This document shows, piece after piece, positions 26,005-38,699 of a stretch of 64,000 bases of DNA. Every line of letters begins with the position of its first letter. The first letter of the stretch is position 1. The notes under the pieces are model-generated. The model was not told the origin of the DNA, searched no databases, and saw only the letters and a program-made list of their open reading frames with translations. The position numbers were made by a program, and so were the translations under genes. This DNA comes from Octopus vulgaris (lineage: Eukaryota): the NCBI GenBank assembly GCA_951406725.2, contig OX597831.1, positions 28,148,001 to 28,212,000 of the forward strand. Reading direction: 5' to 3'.

Positions 26005-26465
26005 TTTTAGTCTTTTACTCGTGCGGCCATGCTGGAGCAACGCCTTGAAGAATTTTAATCGGTCCCAGGACTTTTTTATATTTTTAAAGCCTGGTACTTA
26101 GGCAAGACTTACTTATTCTATCGTTCCCTTTAACCGAAACGCTAGGTTACGGGGATATAAACATACCAACACCAGTTGTCAAGCGGTGGTGCGGGACAAA
26201 CACAGAAACGGGTAAAGAATATGTACACCACCCGTTTTCGACGTAGCAAAAATCCCAACCCCTAACGCTAACCCTAACCACTATGTTCTTTCGTCCATAT
26301 ATATACATACACGACGGACTTCTTACAGTTTCCGCCTACCAAATCCGCTCTCAAGACCTTGGTCGGCCCGAGGCTATTACCCAAGGTACCACGCGCATTG
26401 GGTCTGAATCCTGAACCATGCGGTTGTGAAACATGCTTATTACCGCACAGCCACGCATGCGCCTA
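26005..26465 (-). mobile_element. Diverged SINE family A copy with ~90-bp internal insert
   Basis: Family A consensus; insert at ~26206-26296 with CCCTAA-like units. Confidence 0.75.
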
Positions 26466-26639
26466 CTATTTTGTGTCTCAAGTTCTATATATAACTCCTG
26501 GAAGGGTGTATGTGTTGGTTTTTGATGGGGTCAGTACGAGGATGATTTTTTTTTTTGTGCCCCTTGACTTTACTTCCGGTATTCGATATATACAAATACC
26601 AGCAAAATACTAGGATTCATTCTTGATCAAATTTATTGC

Positions 26640-27625
26640 TGATGGTGTCTGATATAGTTGATGGTACTTTATTTTATTGACTCCTGGGTATATGAAAAGG
26701 CAAAGTTGACCCATATAGGGTTCTATCTCAGAAGGTAAAGAAGGAGATGTTACTAGTTACTAAATATCACAAAACATTTTCTGCGGTGCCCTACCGATTC
26801 TTTAAGTCCCACTCTTTAAAACAATTTTTAATTTTGGCACAATGCCAGCAGATATGATGGGGAGGAGAAAGTAGATTACATCAACCCCAAGACGACACTT
26901 GTACATTTTCATTGACTCCAAATGACCCTTTCTATTTTAGGTTCAAAGCCTGAAATTTTTGATGTGAACCTAGTCAATTACACTGATCCAAGTGCTTAAC
27001 TGGTACTTGTTTGGTACTACTTGGTACTATTACATTGCCTTGGTGTTACAGTGACTCCCCTCCCCCCCCAAAAAAAACGCGTTGTCGTCCATGACGGAAT
27101 TTGAACCCAGAGTGCAAAGACAGCTGAAATTCCGCTAAGCATTTTATCTGGCATGCTAACAATTCTGCCAGACGCCACCACATCACCCTCCCACTCCATC
27201 CCCGAAATAATAATTCTTTCTAATTTTGGCTGAAGGCCTGGAAGTTTTGGGGAAGAGGGTAGTCAATAATTACACTGACCCCAATGCATACCTGGTGCTT
27301 ATTTCATTGACCTCCGAAAGGTCGAAAGGTAAAGTCGACCTCGGCGGAATTTGAACTCAGAACGTTAAGACGGAAGAAATATTGCAAAGTATTTTGTCCG
27401 GTGTGCTAACAATTCTGCCAGTTCGCTGCCTTATCAACCCCCTAAAAAATAATAACCCTTTTTGATTCTGGAACAAAGCCAGAAATCTTGAGGGGAAAGG
27501 GCTAGTCAATTACATCGACCCCCAGTACTTGACTGGTACCTATTTTCATCAACCGCGAAAAGATGAAAGGGTAAATTCGTCCTCAGTGGCATTTGAACTC
27601 GGAAAGTAAAGAACCGGAAGCACTT
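26640..27625 (-). mobile_element. Head-to-tail cluster of diverged family-B SINE copies
   Basis: Repeated tacatcgaccccagt..ctggtact..aaaggtaaagtcgacctc..gaatttgaactcag units. Confidence 0.8.
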
Positions 27626-28209
27626 CTCGAAATACTCTAAATATCGAAGACTGTGTGTTTGGATCAACATACCACATTTCTGGCAATAATATCTGGAATT
27701 TCTTTCCAGATGCTTGAAGTGTTTTGTAGTCGGGAATAATCAAAAGAAAACTTGATACGTAGACACGTGGCCCGGGGGAAGGGGGACGTGTGTGTGTGTG
27801 TGTGTAAGATATCTGTGTGTCTTGGTGTAAAGTTTAAAGAATTATGGATAATAATAATAAACTGATCTCTGCAAGGGAATCGTTTTACCATTTCCACTCC
27901 AGCTTTATTTTATTTATTTTACTCCTGTTTTGTCTTCTGCGAGGGGAGAAAATGTACCTTTTGCCCATCCAGCCCCCGCCCCCCCGCTTACCATCCCTAG
28001 CAACATTCCCCCCTATCTCGGTTTATTTACAAGATGCACATCCATCTATTCATCCATACATACACAGCTACATACACATATAACTTATACATCCATTTGA
28101 ACATGTATATGTACATACACACCCATATGCATATATATATATATATAATTTGTGTGTGTGTGTATTAAAATTACGCACAATCATCCTCACACACAAATAC
28201 ACAATTACA

Positions 28210-28242
<33 letters not shown>

Positions 28243-28261
28243 CATACATACATACATACAT

Positions 28262-28310
<49 letters not shown>

Positions 28311-29334
28311 TACACACTCGCATACATACACACATGCATGCATACATACATACATAATGCATACATACATACATGCATACATACACACATACATTCATAC
28401 ATACATAATGCATACATACATACATACACACATACATACATACATACATACATATATGTGTATATATATGTATGTGTGTGTGTGTGTATTTTATGCAGAC
28501 ATACACACGCATTTATTTATAAACGTATACATAAACACATACATACATGTGTATATATATATATGTGTGTGTATATTCATTCCTTATTTATTCAGTAACG
28601 GATTCGATTCATGGCTGGCTGGGGTGGAAGGGGGGGGGTAACCAACTCTACCCATTTCCCCCAGTTTCTCTATTCTACGCTATCACCACCACCACCTCCG
28701 CCGCCGCCATCACCACCACCACCACCACCAGGTATCATATCCAGGTATCTACTCTTGTCTCTTTTTACTTATTGACTGCATAACACCTTTATTTTCTGAA
28801 CAGCTTGCTTTCTCCTCCTCCTCTTCCTCCTCCCCATCCCAACTGTTGGTAACTAATGCCAGTTGGAGGTAATTGTGATGGTAATGATGATGATGATGGT
28901 GGTGGTGGTGGTGTTGTGGCGACAGTAAGGATCACACTCCCGTCCCCAATCCCACCTCACATCCTCTCTCTCTCTTCATACATACATGCACAGCTCATGA
29001 CGCTTCCTGCCTCCTTACCCTCATCTCTCCTTTTCCACCACCACCACCACCCTCTCCCTTTGTTTTTCTGTCTCTGTCTAACCGACATCCAGGTAAACAT
29101 GATTTGAATATTACATTTGAACAGTCTGTCTGTCTGTGTGTGTGTTGCTGTATTATATTACCTGAGTTAGTCAGTCAGTCAGTAAGGTGAGAGAGAGAGA
29201 GGAAGGTGGTAGTGGTGGTGGTGGTGGTGGAGGAAGAAGAGGAGAAGGAATAAGGGCTGCTATCTGTGGGAGTCAGTCACCTGACTGGCCCAATGGAAGT
29301 AACAGACAAGCAAGCCGTATCTACCATAACAAAC

Positions 29335-30065
29335 TCACTTACCTTTTTCTGAGAAAATAGGGATCATAAATGCATGCATTTGGTGTATGGAGGGAGGGAT
29401 CATAGGTTTCTGTGTAAGTCATGTGACTTGTTTAATGTAACTGGCATTTTAAAATAGGGACCAATGAGCCTCAAAACCTAGGGATCAAATCAATTTGAAT
29501 TAGTGAGTTTCAATAGCGTCACATCTTTATTTCAACAAAAATACTAACCCTTAAAAAAGGGACTGTATGAGACTTACCTACTCACTCTAAGAAAATAAGG
29601 GTCATAAATGCATGCGCTGGTGTGTGTGTGTGGAGGGATCGTAGGTTTCTCTGTAAGTCATGTGACTTGTTTAACGTAACTGGCATTTTAAAATAGGGAC
29701 CACATGAGTTTGAATTTGTGAGTTTTTGAAGGAGTCATACGACTTTTTGAATATAACAAGCTCCAAAACTAAGGATCATATCAGTTTGAATTAGTGAGTT
29801 TTGATGGAGTCGCATCTTTTTTTCAACTATATACTAACCCTTAAAATAGGGACTGCATGAATCTGAGTTAGTGAGTTTCTATAGAATCACATGACTTTTT
29901 TGATATAACCAGCTCATAAACTAGGGACCATATCAACTTGAAATAGTGAGTTTTTATTAGGCCACATGATGTTTACAATAAAAATAACATACCTTAAAAA
30001 ATAGGGACCATATGTCACTTCACAACAAAACCAACCTAATCTCTATAAACTAGCTCCTTAATAGG
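29335..30065. repeat. Degenerate minisatellite with higher-order duplication
   Basis: Recurring aaaatagggac(c/t), gaattagtgagtttt, gtcacatgactt; block ~29338-29560 repeated at ~29575-29850. Confidence 0.75.
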
Positions 30066-31056
30066 GGTTTTAGGTATAGCTGTGTGGTAAGACGTTTACT
30101 TTTAACCACATGATTCTGGGTTCAGTGCCACTGCATGGCACCTTAGGTGAGTGTCTTCTGCTATGGTTCAAGACCAACCAAAAACTTAAGTGAATATGGA
30201 TGAGAAAGTCCACCATGTACTCAAACTTGTGCTCCCTAATCGACTGAATGAACTCTGTTGTAGTACATAATGGTTTATTGTACATTTGTTAGAATTTGTA
30301 TCAGACCAGGCGAAATGCTTAGCGATATTTCGTCTGACTTTATGGTCTGAATTCAAATTCCTCCAAGGTTGACTTTGCCTTTCATTCTTTCGGGGGTCGA
30401 TAAATTAAGTACCAGTTACATACTGGAGTTGATCTAATCGACTGGCTCCTTTCCTCAAAATTTCGGGCTTTGTGCCTAGAGTAGAAACGAAAAGAAGTTG
30501 TAGAGTGTGTGTTTAGTTGTATATAATGACTAGATTCTGTAGGAACGAGGGGTGGGCTTTGTTTGGCTAAAGACCCATAAATAAAATTTATCTTAGGTGC
30601 AGGTGTGGCTGTGTGGTAAGAGCTTTGGTGTAGGTCTGGCTGTGTGGTAAGAGCTTATGTGCAGGTCTGGCTGTGTGGTAAGAATCTTGCTTCCCAACCA
30701 TATTGTTCCAGATTCAGTTCTACTGCATGATACCTTGGACAAGTATCTTCTATAGCCTTGGGCTGACCAAAGCCTTGTGAGTGAAAATGGTTGACAGAAA
30801 CTGAACGAAAACCACTGGACCATTTGCCTCCAGGTTCACTATGCTACAAATACATCAATATTTTAAAATAACGTTAGATATTACTCAGATGCTGGAATGA
30901 AGATAATATTATAAGCATATTCAAATCATCAGAGATGAATATCTCGGATTGTTAAAGTGAACTTTGTTCATTTTTTTTTTACACAAGACTCGTATGAGAA
31001 CAGCTGTTGTGATCTGTTGAAGTTTGGAGTATCATCTACTTGATAGAAGAAGTGTT

Positions 31057-31425
31057 TTATTACCTCCGCCTTTGCTAAGGCGGAGGTATTGTTTTCAGTC
31101 GTGTTTGTTTGGTTGTCTGTGGACAAGATATCTCAAGAACCACTGGATGGAGTCGGATGAAACTTTCAGGGATGTTTGGCCTTGTGACTAGCATGAACTG
31201 ATCAGATTTTGGGAACGATCAGGTACCGGACAAGGATTCTGGATTAATTTTCCTGTTTTTTTACTTAATTTTTGAGAGCGGATGGGTTCATTTTTAGTAT
31301 TCTCATTTATGAGAGCAGTCGAGTTATTTCAGATATTCTCATTTTAAAAATCATGTATGGCTAATCATTGAGAGGAAGTTGGTGTTGCCTTGGTGGAGGT
31401 TTACAGTCTCTGAGTGCTCTTGTTT
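31057..31425 (+). mobile_element. Non-autonomous Helentron-type (HINE/DINE-1-like) element
   Basis: 5' ttattACCTCCGCCtttgctaaGGCGGAGGT hairpin, gtttgtttggttgtctgt simple repeat, 3' subTIR gccttGGTGGAGGT followed by a stem-loop remnant (ctctgagtgc) and tt. Confidence 0.75.
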
Positions 31426-32134
31426 CAAATGAAATTCCTAGGTAAAATATATAATCATCATCATCATCACAATCATCAGCGTTGTTGTCACCATCATCAT
31501 CATCATCACCACTATCACCAACATCCTTGTCACTCATCATAGTCGTTGCCACCATCATCATAGTCATCATTATCATGTTAATCAACATCATTATTGTCCT
31601 AACATCATTGATGACATCATCATCATCACCCTCATCAAATCATCAATAAAATCTTTGCTGTCACAGTCATTTTCATCATCATCACTATTATCATCATCGT
31701 CAGTGTTGTCATCATTATCATTGTTATTATCACCATCCTTGTCTTCCTCATCACCATTGTCATTGCCTTACGTCCACACTCCATTTTGTTATGGACTGAA
31801 TCAGTCATCACAGCCCAGGTCAGTTCTTATTCAGACTTACAGACTTCCTCGTTGGGTCAGTGATGAGCATGTGGTTCTCTTGGTTCTCTTATTAGCCTCA
31901 TTTCCATGGCACTGTGCCCCTCTTAACACTAACCACTTTACAAAATATACTTACTACATAGAGTGGTACTTGTGTCAAAGTGATCGAAACAAAGTTATCT
32001 AGGCCGGGTTGTTACTTTGACAGTATAAACTTCACAAGAGCCGAAATCAATAATCTTGCAGCTGTGATGATTGATCAGTGGATCAATATCAAATTTCTTT
32101 TTCTCAGGAACTGCTTACTTATCTTGGTCATTGC

Positions 32135-32345
32135 AGTGCTGCTTATGTACCCGGGACAGCACTACTGTTAGACAGACACAAATGTCACAGACCAACATTA
32201 CAATACTGCTTACATATCTGGGACAGTACTATTGTTACATATACAAACATCATAGACTACATTACAATACTGCTTGCATATCTAGGACAGTGCTGTTGTT
32301 ATGTATACAAACGTCTTTGACCACATTGCAGTACTGCTGACATCT
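32135..32345. repeat. Tandem repeat, ~63-bp unit x 3
   Basis: tgcttatgtacccgggacagcactactgtta / tgcttacatatctgggacagtactattgtta / tgcttgcatatctaggacagtgctgttgtta. Confidence 0.85.
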
Positions 32346-32933
32346 TCCAAAATCTATGTGCAAAGCTTTGGTGGGTCCAAGGGTATAGTGAAAAATACTT
32401 GTGCAAGGTGCTATGCAATGGGACTGAAACCTGAACTATGTAGTTAGGCCACAAATATCTCACTACACAGTCATGTCAGCATTTATATAGCCATGCCTGT
32501 GCCTATATAAATAGTTAAGTGCTCCTGCAGAAAGACTCAGATCACTTGACACTTCGAAGTCTGATGCTCTACTGATTGAGTTTCTTATGTACATACAAAC
32601 AAAAATAGCAACAGTCATGGGTGGACTATCCTCTGATCATTGGGTCTACTTGACCTTGGTTGACCTAGGGCTAAACACCACCACCTTCACTACCATCAAT
32701 AATAACATAGTTGCTAAGTTCTGAGGAAATGCTGCCTGAAAAGGACTGAGGGCCTATATTGGAGATAGGGAGAGAGTTTCTTGTAACCCTTTTAGCATTC
32801 AGATAACTCTTGTCAAATGTAATCCTTATTTATCCACATTGTTTTGAATTAATCTACAAACTACATGGTTCCAGGTTCAGTTCCACTGTCTTTTACTATA
32901 TGAGTGGATTTGCTAGAAGGAAAATAAAAGAAA

Positions 32934-33166
32934 CCTATTTCTTTATTACCCACAAGGGGCTAAACATAGAGGGGACAAAGAAGGACAGACATAGGTATTA
33001 AGTCGATTACATCGACCCCAGTGCATAACTGGTACTTAATTTATCGACCCCGAAAGGATGAAAGGCAAAGTCGACCTCGGCGGAATTTGAACTCACAACG
33101 TAACGGCAGACGAAATACCGCTAAGCATTTCGCCCGGCGTGCTAACGTTTCTGCCAGCTCGCCCCC
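32934..33166 (-). mobile_element. SINE family B, young CpG-intact copy
   Basis: Nearly identical to copies at 38334-38557 and 63738-63962. Confidence 0.9.
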
Positions 33167-34544
33167 TTCAATAAAAATAAAAGAAACCTGTCACACGCAC
33201 ACATGCATGCACACACACACACATACACACTCACACACACATTAAATGATAAGGGTAGAAATTGATATTAATCAATTAAAACCAGTGGGTTAGCATATTT
33301 AATCTTCGAATATATGTGTGTATGTGTGTGTGTATGTATGTATATGTATGTTTGTATGTCTGTGTTTGTCCCCCCACAACCAATGCTGGTGTGTTTACGT
33401 TCCTGTAACTTAGTAGTTTGGCAAAAAGAGACTGATAGAATAAATACTAGGAAGTACAAAGAATAGGTGCTGGGCTTGATTTGTTCAACTAAAAGGCAGT
33501 GTGCTCCAGCATGGCCACAGTCAAAAGACTCAAACAAGTAAAAAAAGTAAAAGAGTATCTCATAACCTCAAAATTTCTATGATGTGATTGTTTATTTTTA
33601 GAATGACATTGTAGGGTAGGTAGAGAGGCAGGATCTGGCCATAAAACTGGTGGAATATTTAGGCCAGATATGGCCAGTTAAATGTCAAAGGGCTTATTCT
33701 GCTCCAACTGATGAAAAACAGGAAGGCATGGTGGAGGTACAGAGTGGTGTAGGGTGGTGTGTCTGACCCTTAAAAGCTTTTTTCCTTTTTTTCCCTTTGT
33801 ACCTAGAACAAGGAATCATTTCTGGTTTGCATTGATTTTTACAATTTCCCCTTTATTTCCATCCTTCCCCTACTCTCCTAGTCCCCCCACATTGAGTTTT
33901 AACTAAGGCTATTGAGTGATAATACAGCAGAGGGTGGGGCGGTATTAGGGGTGAATGGGTTGGGGTGGGATATCCCCCATTTTTTTTTTTTACTTCCTTT
34001 TTAATCAGAATGAGATAGGTGGTGGCGGGTGAGTGGGCGGGCGGGCAATTTGTGTATCACCCCCACCCCCTCCAATCCCTTACTCCTCTGTTGCTCCTTC
34101 CCTCACCGGAAATAAACTACCTCCTCTCACCTCATACATAGGTAAATTCCATATCACTTCTGGCCCACTCCACCCCAAACTTCCTTCCCCCTGTTATCCC
34201 CTTTTAGTTATTCTGCCTTCCCTTCTCTCTCTCTCTCTCTGTCTCTCTCTCTTTCTATCTCTATTGTGGTGATGGTAGCAGTATAGAGGGCATTCAGAAA
34301 GGGAAGGGGAGATCATTTCTGTTTGTTCATCCTCCCAGCTTTTCACCACTGCAAGTCCTCCTCCCCCTCCCCCTACAACACTACACAAATCCATTCTACC
34401 ACTTGTTCCACTCTTCTATTGTTTCATTCTTCTGTGGCCAGGATACACAGATTGTGGTGTTTGTGTACATGTATGTGTATCTTTGTGCTTGTGTGTGTGT
34501 ATCTGAATATATATATATATGTCAATGTGTGTTTGTGCCTATAC

Positions 34545-34835
34545 CTCTATATCTGTGTGTATATATGTGTATATATCTGTGTGTGTGTGTGTATATGTGT
34601 TTTGTGTTCGTCTATGTGTATCTGTGTGTATATATGTGTATATATCTGTGTGTGTGTGTATATGTGTTTTGTGTTCGTCTATGTGTATCTGTGTGTATAT
34701 ATGTGTATATATCTGTGTGTGTGTGTATCTGTGTTTTGTGTTCGTCTATGTGTATCTGTGTGTATATATGTGTATATATCTCTGTGTGTGTGTGTGTATC
34801 TGTGTTTTGTGTTCGTCTATGTGTATCTGTGTGTA
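34545..34835. repeat. Higher-order microsatellite-derived tandem repeat (~66 bp x 4)
   Basis: tgtgttttgtgttcgtctatgtgtatctgtgtgta recurs four times. Confidence 0.9.
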
Positions 34836-35397
34836 TGTGTATTCATGCATTTGTGTGTGTGTGTGTTGTGTAAACTAATCTTCTCTTATATTTATAATGT
34901 TTTAAATCCATCCCATAATGCAATGCTTGTACCTTAACAGGAAAACAAAGCCCCCATGTCGGAATTCAGCTCTCAACAGCTTTAAACAAAGTATGTCCCA
35001 AACTTTCGAATAGTCTTGCATATTTTCACTGCTCAAATTCTTGTATTGTCCCTGCCACACTGCAGTCATGGTTACAACCTTACACTTAACTAACAGACTA
35101 TATTTCACCATACATTTCTACATTTCACGAAACATACATTTTAATGCCTCAGTAAATCAGTTGTCATAGCTACAAGCAACATTATTTATGCAAATCAGAT
35201 TTTCCAGTTTAGTGAAGTAGTTAATTGTCATTAGCTCTCCGTCCTTCTCCCCCTCTCTCTCTCTCTCTCCCTCTCCTTATGTAACTTGCTATCAACTGGA
35301 CTATCAGTTGTTGTTATACACTGCTGGTCACAATGTTCATCGCATTGTTTTAGCTTTTGAATGATACCACCCTGCTGGCTATGTGGGTGAGCCATGC

Positions 35398-35510
35398 GGG
35401 TTCAGTCCCACTGCGTGGCACCTTGGGCAAGTGTTTTCTACTATAGCCCCGGGCCGACCAATGCCTTGTGAGTGGATTTGGTAGACGGAATCTGAAAGAA
35501 GCCCGTCGTA

Positions 35511-35557
<47 letters not shown>

Positions 35558-35770
35558 TTGTGTGTCTGTGTTTGTCCCCCTAGCATTGCTTGACAACCGA
35601 TGCTGGTGTGTTTATGTCCCCGTTACTTAGCGGTTCGACAAAAGAGACCGATAGAATAAGTACTGGGCTTACAATAAGTCCCAGGGCCGAGTTGCTCAAT
35701 TAATGGCGGTGCTCCAGCATGGCCGCAGTCAACTGACTGAAACAAGTAAAAAGAAAAAAAAAAGAAAAGA
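35398..35770 (+). mobile_element. SINE family A lacking its A-box, abutting a tail fragment of the 39943-type SINE (35296-35395, -)
   Basis: Starts at gggttcagtccc; the upstream 100 bp resembles 39965-40060. Confidence 0.75.
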
Positions 35771-35802
<32 letters not shown>

Positions 35803-36148
35803 CAAAAATAAGGCAAGAACACAAAACATCCAGATAGTTAGGTGATACAAGAAAGGGACAACAAAACATCCAGATAGACGATACAAAGAAAACAAGGACA
35901 GGTCATTCGGAGATTTCTTTCCTCAGTCGTGTTCCAGATTATCTTTGCAATTTCTGCTGGTTATACTTGAGATTGCTCCAATCTGGACAGCCCCAAGGAA
36001 AAACTAAGCTAAGTACATTAGATTCCTTCGAAGAAAGCAGCGAATGTATACAAAAACAAGGACACACACAGACACATGCACACACACACACACACACAAA
36101 AGGCTGGGCTCGAACATGGCCTCAGTCAAATGACTGAAATAAGTTAAA

Positions 36149-36192
<44 letters not shown>

Positions 36193-36388
36193 GAAGTTAA
36201 ATATGTATCTGATCATAAAGTGACCAATGGGTGTGCAACCATAAAAGCTTAGCATTATGGACATGAAACCATTGGTCACCCTTGACTGGCCATATAATTA
36301 ACTTCCTGTACTGCTTGAACTTTCAGAATGAGCTTCTTTTTCGGATATGATTCACTGACGATATACACACATACATATATGCATCTCA

Positions 36389-36432
<44 letters not shown>

Positions 36433-36599
36433 TATAAAATGAGATAGGGGTTGAAAATTCAACCCACCATGGGATAATATATATCCAATATACTGCTAGA
36501 TAGGTACCCAACAAAAATAATACATAGATGTTAAAAATTGTCAAGCAATCAGTTCATCTATTGTATTAAATGGGTAAAGGTAATAATATTACCGTAAAT

Positions 36600-36994
36600 T
36601 AATACTACAAAATTAGAGAATGGAGAAACATACTTAAATCAGTAAAACATCAACTATCCGATGATACTCAATCCATACTTTAATACACCATTACATATGA
36701 GTAAAGGCAATATATAAAATGAAATGAGATATACAGTAATAGTAAAAGTAAAAAGATAAAGAGATATAAGTAAAAAATTTCAAATATAATATGCAAATAA
36801 ATAAGCATATTATATTTGAAATTTTTTACTTATATCTCTTTATCTTTTTACTTTTACTATTACTGTATATCTCATTTCATTTTATATATTGCCTTTACTC
36901 ATATGTAATGGTGTATTAAAGTATGGATTGAGTATCATCGGATAGTTGATGTTTTACTGATTTAAGTATGTTTCTCCATTCTCTAATTTTGTAG

Positions 36995-36999
<5 letters not shown>
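36600..36999. repeat. Perfect inverted repeat: 195-bp arms, 10-nt loop
   Basis: 36600-36794 is the exact reverse complement of 36805-36999 (checked base by base); loop aaataaataa. Confidence 0.97.
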
Positions 37000-37032
<33 letters not shown>

Positions 37033-37034
<2 letters not shown>

Positions 37035-37432
37035 TCTTTTACTCTTTTACTTGTTTCAGTCATTTGACTGCGGCCATGCTGGAGCACCATCTTTAATCGA
37101 GCAACTCGACCCCGGGACTCATTCTTTTGTAAGCCCAGTACTTATTCTATCGGTCTCTTTTGCCGAACCACTAAGTAACGGGGACATAAACACACCAGCA
37201 TCGGTTGCCAAGCAATGCTAGGGGGACAAACAGAGACACACAAACACAGACTCGCATATATACATATATATATACATATATACGACGGGCTTCTTTCAGT
37301 TTCCGTCTACCAAATCCACTCACAAGTCTTTGGTCGGCCCGAGGCTATAGCAGAAGACACTTGCCCAAGGTGCCACGCAATGGGACTGAACCCGGAACCA
37401 TGTGGTTGGTTAGCAAGCTACTTACCACACAA
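37033..37432 (-). mobile_element. SINE family A, young copy
   Basis: Consensus match; CpGs retained. Confidence 0.9.
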
Positions 37433-38251
37433 AGCAGCAGAAATATAACAAAAGCTGTTACTCAGAGTTTCACGTTCCCGTTCATCGGAGAGTTTTGTTA
37501 TATATATACACAAGTGTGTGTCTGTGTTTATCCCTCCACAATCTCTTGACAACCTGCAAAAGAGACCGATAGAATAAGTACTTGGCTTACAAAGAATAAG
37601 TGCTGGGGGTCAATTTGTTTGACTAAAGGCGGTGCTCCAGCATGGCCGCAGTCAAATGACTGAAACAAATAAAAGAATATATTTATACATACACATATAC
37701 ATACAAACAGAGTAGACTACATTAAAGTACCCAAGGTACCAGGTAATAGTGTTAAACAAAGTAATGTGTTTCGTCTACTACCAAAAAGTACTGTTCAAAT
37801 CCATTAATAATTACTGATACAAACATAGACTTATGACATGAGTAGATTAATTGGAGATTTAGAAGCAATTATCTATATATATATTTTATCTTTTTCTCGT
37901 TAATTTTCAATGAAATGTTTGGCTGCAGGAAAATTCATCAACCAATAATTAAGATCTGGAATTTACTCAACAAATTGCTCGTTAGGGATTTGACAGTCGA
38001 TTAGCAAAATCATTGACAAACAACTAACCAATTAACATAGTCACTGACGGCAATTTATTGATTAATTATAAAATAAATTACCTTTAGGTGCAAGTGTGGT
38101 TGTGTGATTAAGAAGCTTGCTTCCCGGCCACGTGGTCTTGGGTTCAGTTCCACTGCATGACACCCTGATGTTAGCTGTGTTCTACTATAGCCCCAGACCA
38201 ACCACAGCTTTTTCAATAGATTTGGTTGATTAGAAACTGAAGAAGCCTGTG

Positions 38252-38301
<50 letters not shown>

Positions 38302-38656
38302 TGCATATACATAAATACATTCATATATATATATTTCTTTACTACCCACAAGGGGCTAAACACAGAGGGGACAAACAAGGACAGACAAACGGTTTAAGTC
38401 GATTACATCGACCCCAGTGCGTAACTGGTACTTAATTTATCGACCCCGAAAGGATGAAGGCAAAGTCGACCTCAGCGGAATTTGAATCCAGAACGTACCG
38501 GCAGACAAAATACTGCTAAGCATTTCGCCCGGCATGCTAACATTTCTGCCAGCTCGCATATATATATATGTACACTCACACACACACACACACGAACATG
38601 TATGCGTACAAAAAACACGTATGCAATAGGTGTACTTGTAGGTGTGTGTGTTGCCC

Positions 38657-38694
<38 letters not shown>

Positions 38695-38699
<5 letters not shown>

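Noticed and set aside
32135-32345. CRISPR-like periodicity (also at 29335-30065 and 34545-34835)
   Set aside because: Whole units are homologous with no unique spacers, there are no cas genes, and the context is eukaryotic
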